A DNA stretch of 64,000 bases, from positions 190,412 to 254,411 of the forward strand of contig NIVC01001291.1 of the NCBI GenBank assembly GCA_002269645.1. Direction: 5' to 3'. The notes below the pieces were generated by a model, which had not been told where the DNA came from, searched no databases, and saw nothing but the letters and a program-made list of their open reading frames with translations. This document shows positions 14,901 to 27,298 of this stretch, piece after piece (position 1 is the first letter of the stretch; each line of letters starts with the position of its first letter). The DNA is from Macrostomum lignano. Its lineage: Eukaryota. The position numbers and the translations under genes were made by a program.

Positions 14901-15628
14901 GTGTGATTTTGATTGGTTGTCAGGTGAGCCACAGATTGTGATTTTGATTGGTTGTCAGGTGAGCCACAGCTTGTGATGTTGATTGGTTGTCAGGTGAGCC
15001 ACAGTGTGTGATTTTGATTGGTTGTCAGGTGAGCCACAGCTTGTGATTTTGATTGGTTGTCAGGTGAGCCACAGCTTGTGATTTTGATTGGTTGTCAGGT
15101 GTGCCACAGCTTGTGATGTTGATTGGTTGTCAGGTGAGCCACAGTGTGTGATTTTGATTGGTTGTCAGGTGAGCCACAGCTTGTGATGTTGATTGATTGT
15201 CAGGTGAGCCACAGCTTGTGATGTTGATTGGTTGTCAGGTGTGCCACAGTGTGTGATTTTGATTGGTTGTCAGGTGAGCCACAGCTTGTGATTTTGATCG
15301 GTTGTCAGGTGAGCCACAGCTTGTGATTTTGATTGGTTGTCAGGTGTGCCACAGCTTGTGATGTTGATTTATTGTCAGGTGTGCCACAGCTTGTGATTTT
15401 GATTGGTTGTAAGGTGAGCCACAGCTTGTGATTTTGATTGGTTGTCAGGTGAGCCACAGTGTGTGATTTTGATTGGTTGTCAGGTGTGCCACAGTGTGTG
15501 ATTTTGATTGGTTGTCAGGTGTGCCACAGCTTGTGATATTGATTTATTGTCAGGTGTGCCACAGCTTGTGATTTTGATTGGTTGTCAGGTGAGCCACAGC
15601 TTGTGATTTTGATTGGTTGTCAGGTGTG
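11920..15628. repeat. 35-bp satellite GTGATTTTGATTGGTTGTCAGGTGAGCCACAGCTT, about 106 copies
   Basis: Exact 35-bp period with a few alternating variants (GAG/GTG/TTG, CAGCTT/CAGTGT). A 770-bp higher-order duplication is visible as identical ORFs at 12225 and 12995. Confidence 0.98.
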
Positions 15629-16389
15629 AAAGAATCGCTTGATCCCATTGCTTAAGAATCACTAGAAGTTTCTGAAATATTCACTCAAATGTGCTCTTCT
15701 TTGCGCAATGCGTTGGCAAGAGAGAAAGTGTGAAGTTTGCAGACCGCCACAATGGCACAGTGACTAAATCGACTCTATTTGAATAGCAGCCTAGAAAAGT
15801 TTCTCCAAAATTTTCTGTGCATTCTCTTTCTTCTCTTCCTGAGGTAGGGTGCCGTAATAGGGTGGCAGAGATGCAGGGGAGAGAGGGGTGACCACCCAGC
15901 AAGAGGTCGCAGGAGAGCGGGTCAGGGCAGGCGCCTATGCATGCGTGCAGACGGACAAAAAAAAGTTGGTACTGCACTTGGAAACTAACTCTCTCTCTCT
16001 CGCTTAGAGGTTTCACTTGGCTGAACATGCCAAATAGAACAGCTAGTCGTTATCGGGCGTATGCCCAGTCAGCCTTGGTCTCTGTTGCAATTTAAAGATA
16101 TTTATTGCAATGGCAAATAATCTATTATAATTTAGAAGTATGCGGCTTAGTAACCTCTGAGTCGGATGTGCTGGCAGCGACAAAGGAGAGGTTAGGGTCT
16201 AGACTCGGCTGGAAATGTAAGTTAACTTTAAGTGAGTTTTTCTGCTTTTAGCGTGAATGGCATGAATTAATTATGCATGTAGAAAATATACTTGAACAAT
16301 ACATCGTGATACTGACTCAGTTGGACAGGTGGATACAGGTAGACTAAAGTATGGAATAAAAGGGAGAGGTAGATAAAAAGGAAGAAGCA

Positions 16390-16590
16390 GAGTGAGAGGG
16401 AGGAGAAGGAGAGGGAGAGAGGGAGAGTGATGAGAGGAGAGGGAGAGAGAAAGGGAGAGGGAGAGGGAGAAGGTGAGTGGGAAGAGGAAGAGGGAGAGAG
16501 AGTGATGAGAGGGAGAGGGAGTGAGGTGAGCCAGAGGGAGAGGGAGAGGGAGAGGGAGAGGGGGAGAGAAAGGGAGAGAGAGGGAATGAA
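16390..16590. repeat. GA-rich polypurine low-complexity tract
   Basis: Almost pure G/A with GAGG/GGGAGA sub-repeats. Confidence 0.85.
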
Positions 16591-17286
16591 GGTGCAGAAG
16601 GTGCAGAAATTCCCTTTAAAATACCTTTAAAAGGAGGTGCAATTATTTGTGGAAAATTTCCAAGCCCAGTGTTAAGGACGCCAGCTCGCAGTCCAGTTGG
16701 TGAGCATAGCCAAAGCAGTTCTAAAGCAGGTCACCGAAACCACCAGGAGAAGCAGAGACCGAAGGCCGCAAGAAGAAGCCAAGCACGAGCGCGAGGTGCC
16801 AGCTTTGCCCAATAAAAAGACGAGAAACGATAAACGCAAATTGGCGACTGAATTCTCAAATTAGAAAATCCGCCGCCACTGGCTGGGAATGATAGAGGCT
16901 GGGAATGATGGAGGCTGGGAATGATGGAGGGGAAGCGGTGGTCCCCTCTGTCGCGCTAGGGAAATGCAAATTGCGAACTCCCTCCAGGGAGACTGGGGAG
17001 AAGAGAAGAGGAGGATGAGGAAACGCAATTTTCTGGGTCCCCTGCCGCAACGGAGTGCGGAGCGTCTGCTTTGGAGCCGAAAAGAGAACCGGGGTTGCCA
17101 GGCCGCGGAGCTCTGGGGCATGCAGCTGTGGAACTGCTATCAGCTGACTCATCCTGCCTGCGCGGTGTGCGAGATCGATGGCTGTTAGTGGAGTTGGAAG
17201 TATTGATCCTGGCATTATATCGGATTCCCAATGCCTGATGCCCGCCTAGGATAGACAGATCTCACCCTGATAGATTACTGGCCATG

Positions 17287-17729
<443 letters not shown>

Positions 17730-18253
17730 GTACATAGATAGCACTCCAAGCGAACTCAGACAGTCAGCACCAAGTCCCAAAACTGCACCCAAACCCCTTT
17801 TCCCGGCTTCCAGGGATTCTGCAGCCAGTCTTGACTACAGCACCGGCAGCGGCGGCGGCAGCGGCGGCGGCAGCGGCAGAGGCGAAAACAGGATATCCCT
17901 TTTCCAGGAATTCGGCGTTAACGACCCCCTCACCGTGGAGATGGATTCGGACACGGCCGCCTTTCTGTAAGCCCCAAGCACAGCCCCCGCGCTAATGCGC
18001 CACTAAAAGGCATAAAACCGCTGCCGGCCCCGGCAAACAGCAAATTGGTGCCACTCCAACCGGATCGAATTGCCCACCTGTGCAAACAAGCCGTTAAAGC
18101 TTTCCCTAATCCTGTTTTGCCAACCAACACTAATTGGAGAGTCCGATTGCGTTCCAACAGATTGATGGGCAGATATTGAAAACGGGGATGCTTGAAGAGG
18201 GAAATATTGGGCTTGCTGAATAAACAAAAGGTATGGGATAGCATCGACTGCTG

Positions 18254-19290
18254 CTTTTGGTAGACACTCTACCAATGCTGATTTGGGTAGACACTCTACC
18301 AATGCTGTTTCGGGTAGACACTTTACCAATGCTGATTTGGGTAGACACTCTACCAATGCTGATTTAGGTAGACACTCTACCAATGCTGATATGGGTAGAC
18401 ACTCTACCAATGCTGATTTGGGTAGACACTCTACCAATGCTGATTTGGGTAGACACTCTACCAATGCTGATTTGGGTAGACACTCTACCAATGCTGATAT
18501 GGGTAGACACTCTACCAATGCTGATTTAGGTAGACACTCTACCAATGCTGATATGGGTACTGGTAAACACTCTAACAACGCTGATTTAGGTAGAAACTCT
18601 ACCAATGCTGATTTGGGTAGACACTACTCTACCAATGCTGATTTGGGTAGACACTCTACCAATGCTGATTTGGGTACTGGTAAACACTCTACCAATGCTG
18701 ATTTGGGTACTGGTGGACACTCTACCAATGCTGATTTGGGTACTGGTAGACACTCTACCAATGCTGATTTGGGTAGACACTACTCTACCAATGCTGATTT
18801 GGGTAGACACTCTACCAATGCTGATTTGGGTAGACACTCTACCAATGCTGATTTGGGTAGACACTCTACCAATGCTGATTTGGGTAGACACTCTACCAAT
18901 GCTGATTTGGGTAGACACTCTACCAATGCTGATTTGGGTAGACACTGCTCTACCAATGCTGATTTGGGTAGACACTCTACCAATGCTGTTTCGGGTAGAC
19001 ACTCTACCAATGCTGTTTCGGGTAGACACTCTACCAATGCTGTTTCGGGTAGACACTCTACCAATGCTTTTTGGGTACTGGTAGACACTCTACCAATGCT
19101 GATTTGGGTAGACACTACTCTGCCAATGCTGTTTCGGGTAGACACTCTACCAATGCTGATTTGGGTAGACACTACTCTACCAATGCTGATTTGGGTAGAC
19201 ACTCTACCAATGCTGATTTGGGTAGACACTACTCTACCAATGCTGATTTGGGTAGACACTCTACCGATGCTGTTTTGGGTAGACACTCTA
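18254..19290. repeat. 27-bp minisatellite GGGTAGACACTCTACCAATGCTGATTT with 30- and 33-bp variants
   Basis: About 36 copies; insertions of ACT or GGTACT; each unit contains the inverted repeat GGTAG-ACACT-CTACC. Confidence 0.96.
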
Positions 19291-20068
19291 CTGTTCAGGC
19301 AAGTCAGGTCAGTAGGATTTCTATTTGTTCCAAAGAAGTTCAAAGCAAAACTGCCTGTCAGTCAACCGCCTGCGGATATTTGCAGTTCAGCTGAAAATTT
19401 TTGTTTTCTTTTTTAGCGAAAAGAAAACACTCGAAGAGGTGAAGAAAAGTCAAAGGGGATTTAAAAAGAGTGCCGAATGAGGCCACAGGAAGGAATTTGA
19501 CTACACAGCCGGCCAGCTTCCCAGTTTGGAATTGGGAGCCGCGCGAGGTGCCTGTCGCGAATTTCTTCGCCCTAGCAACAACTGCGGCAGTGCACTTTCC
19601 AGCCGTTTGCCGCTCGGTGAAACAGCTTCGAAATCGAAGCGAAGTGTACAGAACAGAGCCTCATCTCCCATCCCCCACCCCAGGCTTGGAATGCGGCCAT
19701 TCCATTCTGCTCCCCAATGCCTCCTGTCCTCCTTCCTCTTCAGTCTGAGACAATTGCGTCCACTTATGACTTTTTTCGTTCCTTTTTTGTGCCTGTTTCT
19801 GCCTGTCTAACCTGGCCGACCCGGCATAGCAACAGTTGCTGTGCGCTGTGCTGCGCAGATATTAGAGCCCCCCCCACCATGCCTAACTATTAGGAAAGTA
19901 AGCTGCAAGTATGCAAGCTGTATCCACTTGAACCTGGCTGCTCGGGTCTGATATTTATAGATATACAACAAATGGGATATTTAGTGGCGCTGATAAAACA
20001 GTGTTGGGGCTTCAAAACTGAGTTTGGGGTTCTAGTTTCACCGTCCTAAATGGAGCTGAAACACAAAT

Positions 20069-21190
20069 AGGCGGCCAACAACAGGAACTAGGTGGCCAAC
20101 AACAGGAACCAGGCTGTCAACAACAGGAACTGAGCAACCAACAACAGGAACTAGGCTGTCAACAACAGGAACTGAGCAACCAACAACAGGAACTAGACAA
20201 CCAACAACAGGAACTAGGCGGCCAACAACAGGAACTAGGCGGCCAACAACAGGAACTAGGCAACCAACACCAGGAACTAGGCAACCAACACCAGGAACTA
20301 GGCAGTCAACAACAGGAACTAGGCGGCCAAGAACAGGAACTAGGCTGTCAACAACAGGAACTGAGCAGCCAACAACAGGAACTGAGCAATCAACAACAGG
20401 AACTGAGCAGCCAACAACAGGAACCTGAGCAGCCAACAACAGGAACCTGAGCAATCAACAACAGGAACTAGGCAGCCAACAACAGGAACTGGGCAATCAA
20501 CAACAGGAACTAGGCAGCCAACAACAGGAACTAGGCAGCCAACAACAGGAACTAGGCAACCAACACCAGGAACTAGGCAACCAACAACAGGAACTAGGCA
20601 ACCAACAACAGGAACTAGGCAACCAACACCAGGAACTAGGCAACCAACAACAGGAACTAGGCAACCAACAACAGGAACTAGGCGGCCAACAACAGGAGCT
20701 AGGCAACCAACAACAGGAACTAAGCAACCAACAACAGGAACTAGGCAACCAACAACAGGAACTAGGCAGCCAACAACAGGAACTAGGCAACCAACAACAG
20801 GAACTAGGCAGCCAACAACAGGAACTAAGCAACCAACAACAGGAACTAGGCAGCCAACAACAGGAACTAGGCAACCAACACCAGGAACTAGGCAACCAAC
20901 AACAGGAACTAGGCAACCAACAACAGGAACTAGGCAACCAACACCAGGAACTAGGCAACCAACAACAGGAACTAGGCAACCAACAACAGGAACTAGGCGG
21001 CCAACAACAGGAGCTAGGCAACCAACAACAGGAACTAAGCAACCAACAACAGGAACTAGGCAACCAACAACAGGAACTAGGCAGCCAACAACAGGAACTA
21101 GGCAACCAACAACAGGAACTAGGCAGCCAACAACAGGAACTAGGCAACCAACAACAGGAACTAGGCAACCAACAACAGGAACTGGGCAAT
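20069..21190. repeat. 21-bp minisatellite CAACAACAGGAACTAGGCAAC, about 53 copies
   Basis: 21-bp period; two 22-bp units near 20421-20450. Confidence 0.96.
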
Positions 21191-22071
21191 CCCGATAAAC
21201 AGGCCCTAAAATTTTTTTTTGCGAGCGGCCCTGCGCTCCAGTCTTTAGTGCGGTGCAGACTCCAAAACGGGATGAACTGAACAAAATGTGTTATGAGCTG
21301 AAATCGAGGAAATGGAGAATTTCTGCAATCCGCCAGACTCTACACACTCATTAATATTCCGAAGCACCGATGGAGCACGAAAAGTACACACAAAAAACAT
21401 GCGCAGAGCCGCTGGCCTCTCTTGTTGACAATTAAAAAATCCCAAATATAGTCTTGGGACAGCTGAGTTTGCGGGCTGCCACATCCCAGTGAGAAGTTTT
21501 TCTTCTTCGCTGGGAAAAGTCCTGACGCGAAGGAAAACTGGTGCGCGAGCCTCCTGGGAGTTTGGGAGCGAGCTGCACCCAAAGTGGCCCAGAAACCTAT
21601 CAATCATGCGCCGCTGCCTGTTGAACAATATTGAGAAACTTTTTTCCTTGGAAACTTCTACTAGCTGCAGCTTTCGCTTTCCCGGTGAGCTTGCAGCTTG
21701 CAAGTTGCGCAATTAACTTTTTTTCAAGACAGTCTCAGGGTGCTCCAGAGCTGCTCTCAAAGCGACGCCTGCGAGAAAGGAAGCTTGCAGTTTCTTAGCA
21801 CTAAATTCACAATTTATTATCTTCTGGATTTCCGATTTGCAAATATCGGTGTTTTGTCTAAGGCGCACTCACAAGGCTCAAAATACAGTTCGGTTCCTCT
21901 TAAATGGATTTCGCAAAGATTTGCTTCAATTTGCCCGCTATTTCAAGTTTTTCGATAGTGTTAGAAAAATGTGAACTAATAAATATTCTCAGTTGCCTAC
22001 TGATAAGTCAATCAATTCGGTAGCATAGTTCGCATTTTAATTGAAAATATCGCCTACTATTTTCACCATAG

Positions 22072-23046
22072 AATTCAACGAGCCTGGCGACGGTACCGCG
22101 GCTACCGGGGTGTCAGCGGCGGCATCAGCGCGAGCAGCCGCTGCTGGCCGATCGATCAGGAGGCGGCCGAGGAGGAGGTGGCCCAGCGAACCCTGGCCAC
22201 TTCCGGCTACATGACCGCCAGCATCAGCAGCTGCTTCAGCAGCGACATCATGCGCAACTCCAACTCCTTCAGCGACTGGATGCGCGTCTCCGCCTCCAAC
22301 ACCGAGGACAACCTGGGCGGCGCTGCGGCCAGCGACGTTCCAACGGCGGCCTCGGCAACTCCGCTGCGCAGCCGCCGACTGGAACAGCTGAAAGAGGCTG
22401 ACTCGCTCTCCATCATGTCTGACTGCTCCGAGCTCATGGGCGAGGTCGGCAAGCTGATGAAGGAGCAGCTGGCCAGCCAGGACGCCCTGCTCCGGCCCAA
22501 GCTGCACCCCCAGCGTCGCCACCGACTCCGACGTCGTCGTGGACGCTGCAGCCGACGTCCTCGACGACTTCCTCGCCGCAGCGTCGAGCTCAACAGCCGG
22601 CGTCGTCGTTGCGCGGTGACGGCGGCGGCGGTGCCTCTCAGCCGGAAGACCCGCAGGAGGCGGCCGAGGAGGCCAGGCGGGAGGAGCGGAAGGCCAACCT
22701 GCTCAGCCTGGCGCAGGAGTTCGCCGAGCTGAAGCGGCGCAACGCCCGCGCCCTGCCGTTTAACCTGCACCGGCTGGGTTGCGCCGGCTCCGAGGATGAG
22801 GACGACGAGGATGATGAAGACGGCACCGCGGGCGATAAGGCTGGAGATGCTGAACAAGGTGAAGAAACGACTGGCGAGACCTACAGCCTGGTGCCGGTGC
22901 CGCTGACCATGCTGACTGCGCCGGAGGCTCGCGAGCAGCGGCAGCAGCGGCTGGCGGGTCTCTTCGCTGCCGGGCACGGCTCGCTAACTGCCGCGGCAGC
23001 TGGAGCTGCTGCCGATGGCGAGTCGGCAGCTGTGCCGCTGAGGAGG
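22072..23046 (+). CDS. IQ-motif-containing exon (IQCJ-like), probable upstream part of the SCHIP1 gene; one apparent 1-bp frameshift at the C5 run 22507-22511
   Basis: Acceptor TTTCACCATAG|22072 (phase 2). It reads IQRAWRRYRGYRG...EAAEEEVAQRTL...KEQLASQDALLRPKLH. Adding one C joins this to P/S/T-rich sequence and to ORF 22609-23082 (EEARREERKANLLSLAQEFAELKRR...RQQRLAGLF...VPLRR). A strong donor AGG|GTGAGT lies at 23047 (phase 0); without splicing the frame stops at TGA 23080-23082. Confidence 0.7.
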
Positions 23047-24399
23047 GTGAGTTCGGCGGAGAGCAGGCCTGGTGGGGACTGAGGAACTGGGGTCAATACT
23101 CATTTTAAAACCTATTTTCTTATGATACTACTGTTGCTTATTCCTACAGTAGTGCAAACTGGGATAAGCGTTTTCAACTATTTTAGGGAGATTTCTGTTT
23201 AAAGAAATTTTGCAATCAATAACTTCTCGGCTATTTTTGGTGCACTGAATCGACTATGGCAAGAATATTAATGAAAAATTTTCAACACAATTGGTTCTCA
23301 ACCGCCTGAGAAGCTTAGTAAATCTTTTCCTTCAAGCCTTGCCGACCGTGCTTGAACCCTAAAGTATAGACCCCCCCCCATGGGATCCGACTGTCTGAGT
23401 CGCTGTTGCATCTTCCAACTTGCGAAAAAATAGGGAATATTTTCGTCCCTCCAAGGACCGACGGAGCTGGAGAAGGAAGAGAATTTCTGAGCGCCCGTAC
23501 AGTTAACTGAATTGCTGCAATAGAAGAGGTTTGATCTATCTCTCCCACTATGGGGCGAGCTGCGATGGCATTTCCCTAGAAACTTTTTCTCAGCCTTGGT
23601 TCCCGTTGCAGCCGACGGGGCAAAAAAAAACTGAGACGGAGAAGGAAGCGACCAAGGACTGCAGATCCTCGCGCACACAAAATTGCATTGCGATATCCGA
23701 CAGGGCGGCTGCGCATGCCGCATCCGATGCCGCTGCTTTTTTGGCCCCTCCAAAGTTCCAGTGAGCCCGGAACTGTTTATCAATTCATAATCCGCAGCCG
23801 CTTCGCTTTCTGCACTGCTTCTTCTACTTATCTTATATTCTTTCTGCTTGGCAATATCTGGGAGTGTGAAGCCCAATGTCTGGATTTCTCTCTTCAGATT
23901 TCTCCATTCCGGATTCCAGGCCAAGAACTCCACGTCTCCCGCATTCATTTCTGTTGAATTCTTGTGGAACACTGAGCTACGGATGCCCAGTAAGCGCAAC
24001 AAGTTTCAACCATTTTTCCACTTCCCTAAAAAGTTCCAAGGAACCGACGAAACTTCCTAATCAGCATCGAAGGCTGGCCCAGACGCGGCCGCCATCAAGC
24101 GTGCATAAACTTCCCTCTCTCTCTAGGCCGCAACAACCGGCCTTCACCCGCTCCGCTCCCCTCATTCAGTTTCGTTAGCAAACTCGTCTTTCTCCCCAAT
24201 AATAATCTCGACCCCTGATCCCCATGCTCTTTCTCTTCTCCGCCCGCCGAATCCCCGGCCGGCCAAGCTGCTCCTCCCCTCCAAATCTCCCCGATCGCTG
24301 CGACAGACATAAAAGTAGCAGCAGGATGCGCGGCTTGGCCAGCTTTCCCTCCGACCGGCCGCCCGCCCGCCTGTCCGCTCGCTGCCTGGGCTGCCTGCC

Positions 24400-24540
24400 A
24401 TGCAGCTGGACCCGCGCAGAGCAGGCGGCATCAACAGCGGCTACGGGTTCTTGGCCGCCATTGGCGAGCTGTGGCTCGGACCGGCCGACATGCTCGGACT
24501 GAGCAGCGTGCGATGGATCTACGCGCCGGAGCAGAGCCAG
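24400..24540 (+). CDS. Candidate alternative first coding exon of SCHIP1 (MQLDPRR...YAPEQSQ)
   Basis: GCCTGCCATG start context; phase-0 donor CAG|GTAGGC at 24541, compatible with the phase-0 acceptor at 26670. No homology recognised. Confidence 0.35.
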
Positions 24541-24649
24541 GTAGGCCAACCAAGCCGCGGCGTTGACAGGTGTCTGCTCAGCGACGACAGCGACTCGAGA
24601 ACGAGCTCTGATTAAACATTGCTGACGAAAGTTGATTACAAAATCGGCT

Positions 24650-24985
24650 GTCATTAGGCTGGGCAACTCAAGCCACATTGAAGAGCCCCCAAAGCGTGCC
24701 TACTGGTCATTAGGCTGGGCAACTCAAGCCGCATTGAAGAGCCCCCAAAGCGTGCCTACTGGTCATTAGGCTGGGCAACTCAAGCCGCATTGAAGAGCCC
24801 CCAAAGCGTGCCTACTGTTCATTAGGCTGGGCAACTCAAGCCGCATTGAAGAGCCCCCAAAGCGTGCCTACTGGTCATTAGGCTGGGCAACTCAAGCCGC
24901 ATTGAAGAGCCCCCAAAGCGTGCCTACTGGTCATTAGGCTGGGCAACTCAAGCCGCATTGAAGAGCCCCCAAAGCGTGCCTACTG
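24650..24985. repeat. 56-bp tandem repeat, six near-perfect copies
   Basis: TCATTAGGCTGGGCAACTCAAGCC starts at 24651, 24707, 24763, 24819, 24875 and 24931; no spacers. Confidence 0.97.
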
Positions 24986-26669
24986 TATGCGCGAGTGCGT
25001 GACTGCGTACTCGTCCGCGTGCACCCGCATGCTCGGGGGTGGCGGAATGGGCAAAACCCCTTGCTTCTATTCTGGCTGCGGATCGACTGTCGTTTTGAAG
25101 TGCGTCGAAGAGTATAATTTAAAGACAAGAGACAAGAATTACAGAGCTCTTGAGGAGAGAAAAATTATGCGAAAATTGCCCGGCTGAGCGAAGGAATTAT
25201 AATTTTTCTTGTCGGCTGTTCTCGGAAACAACTTTTTGCATCTCATATCAAATATTGTTGAAGTGAGGTTAGGATCCGGGGCATAAAAGTATAACAGATA
25301 TTTGCACAAAAGGGTGCACCCTGGCGCAACACCTTCAGTGACATGGTCACACAACCAGCGATGCGGCAATTCTTTCGACTGCGACGACTTTCCAATCGTC
25401 AGTCATGTACATTTTCTGTGCCTCGGGGGTTGGCCCTCATGGTAGTGTGAATCGCACGATAACGTCCAGCTCGGTACTTCTAACAAGGCTCAGGTCAGTT
25501 TCCGCGTATCGAGCGTATCGAAACTTAGACGCCTGCTGTAGCACTTGGCTCTACAAAAAATTCCTGTCACAGCCTCTGACTACTCAGAATGCAAAGTGCC
25601 GTCTGTCAGGATCGATTGATCGTCACTAAAGACGATTTTTATGAGTCGCGATGAAGTTGGATGAAGCACGGACGCTTGGATCGGGCGAGGAAGGGAAGCT
25701 GGCGTATAAAGATGAAGGAGAGAGGACCGGGAGTGAGCGGCTGTCTTGAACAAAGCTACCATCGTCAAGTTGAAGTGCCATTTGCTATACCCAACTGGCG
25801 TGACGGATGGAGCAGCAATGAAGAACTCTTCACTCAGCTTAGGAGAAGTCCTGAGAAGCAGCCGCGCATCCCACTCTGCCACTACGAGCTACCAGTCTTC
25901 TCCCTCGTCTGCCTTCTCTTTAAATCTCTCAACTCAAGTTAATTCAAGCACGAGGGCTCATTTTATTTGCTCTGGAAGTTTGTGTGTGTTTTTCAGTAAA
26001 ATAGAATAGCAGCAAAAGTGTTCCTGAATCCTCACTGAGCTTCAAGGAAAGAAAAGAACTGAGAATCGGGACCGCCTGAACGCTAATGAGTGAAAAGTCA
26101 AGTCAAGCCTAGCTAAGCCAAGCTGGCGTGAAAAAGTAGTCTGCTTGAAGCTCATTTTGGCTCCTCCGTTCCTCTGTTAATTACGCAGCTCTTTCGCTTT
26201 TTGCGAAGTAAATTTCATTTGCTTCATCAACGCCTTTTCGGCCTGTGATAATTTTCAACCATGCAGATCTCCCATCCTAGTTTAATATTGCAATGACGGT
26301 TCTGCATGAATTCTTGACATAAAATCGACCAAAATTTTCTAAAATTTTATTTCAATCGATTCGAAAAAAGTCAGAAAGAGTCTGTTTGGTTCATGTACTT
26401 TAACGCACACAAAAACGATGGCGTGAAATTGACAAAAGAGAAGATGATCGAGAGCTTAGACCCAAGAAGCTAAATATGGCAGACGCTGTGTACATCAATG
26501 TACGCAAAACAAGGGGGCAGGGTGTAAATTGGGGGGTTGGTTTGGAAAGAAGGGCCTAGGGGGACGACAGATTGACTGCTTTATGTACATTCAGTGTACG
26601 GTGTGGGAGAGAGGGAGAGAGAAGTCTGTACAATGAATTCAAAAGCAATTAACCCACCCCATAACCCAG

Positions 26670-27068
26670 ACTGCCGGCCTCTCGGAGCGGGAACGCGTGC
26701 TGCAGGCACTGAGCATGTCAGTCGAAGATGACGATGTGGACAGCGGCTTGGCTTCAACTTCGGCGGCCGTAGCCGGTTGCTTTGGCAACGGCGGTCCCGG
26801 CTGCGTCGGCCTGTCCTCGTCAACGGCCACCACCGCGTCATCATCGGCCACGGCAACCATGGCGGGCTCCGGCCTGGCGCTGGCACCGGCGCAGTCGAAC
26901 GGCATGGAGATGTGCTTCCGCAACGACGCCGCCTCGGACTCGGACTGCTCGGAGGAGGCCGCCAGCCCGGCCGACGGGCCAGACGGTGTTGAAAATCATG
27001 GCGCAGCGATTGACAGCGAGCAGAGCTTCAGGCCGCAGCAAAAAAGGCGGCGAGCACAGGTGTCGCAG
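26670..27068 (+). CDS. SCHIP1: SCHIP1 homologue exon A
   Basis: Acceptor TTAAC...ACCCAG|ACT (phase 0). LSERERVLQALSMSVEDD and SNGMEMCFRNDAASDSD resemble SCHIP1 NERESIRQKLALGSFFDD and QSGMNLQICFVNDSGSDKD (human sequence recalled from memory). The donor is either 27060 or 27069, both phase 0. Confidence 0.75.
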
Positions 27069-27298
27069 GTGAAGAAACCATTCGCAGTAGAACTGGGTTA
27101 AGTAATCACAAGCATAGGCTTATCCCATAGATTAGTCAAACCTGCTGGAAGAGTAAGCATCGTTAAAACGGAGTTTTTCGTTGCCATGGTAACCTAAATT
27201 TTTTAATTATTGTTGAAAACACTCTGGAAGTTTAACAACAGAACTTGAGGTTAAATAACCATGCTAACAACTCAACTCACTTTGAAATCCCCCATAAG

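Noticed and set aside
11920-15628. 35-bp repeats as a CRISPR array
   Set aside because: Head-to-tail monomers with no unique spacers, eukaryotic context and no cas genes.
18254-19290. Palindromic 27-bp repeats as a CRISPR array
   Set aside because: No spacers; units abut directly.
22207-22977. 256-aa minus-strand ORF
   Set aside because: Antisense shadow of the GC-rich IQ exon.
23221-23245. CTTCTCGGC...TTTTGG resembling the U2 snRNA start
   Set aside because: The similarity ends after ~18 nt and there is no GTAGTA branch-pairing region.
23298-24002. 234-aa minus-strand ORF in the putative intron
   Set aside because: Non-ATG start, mixed composition and no motif recognised.
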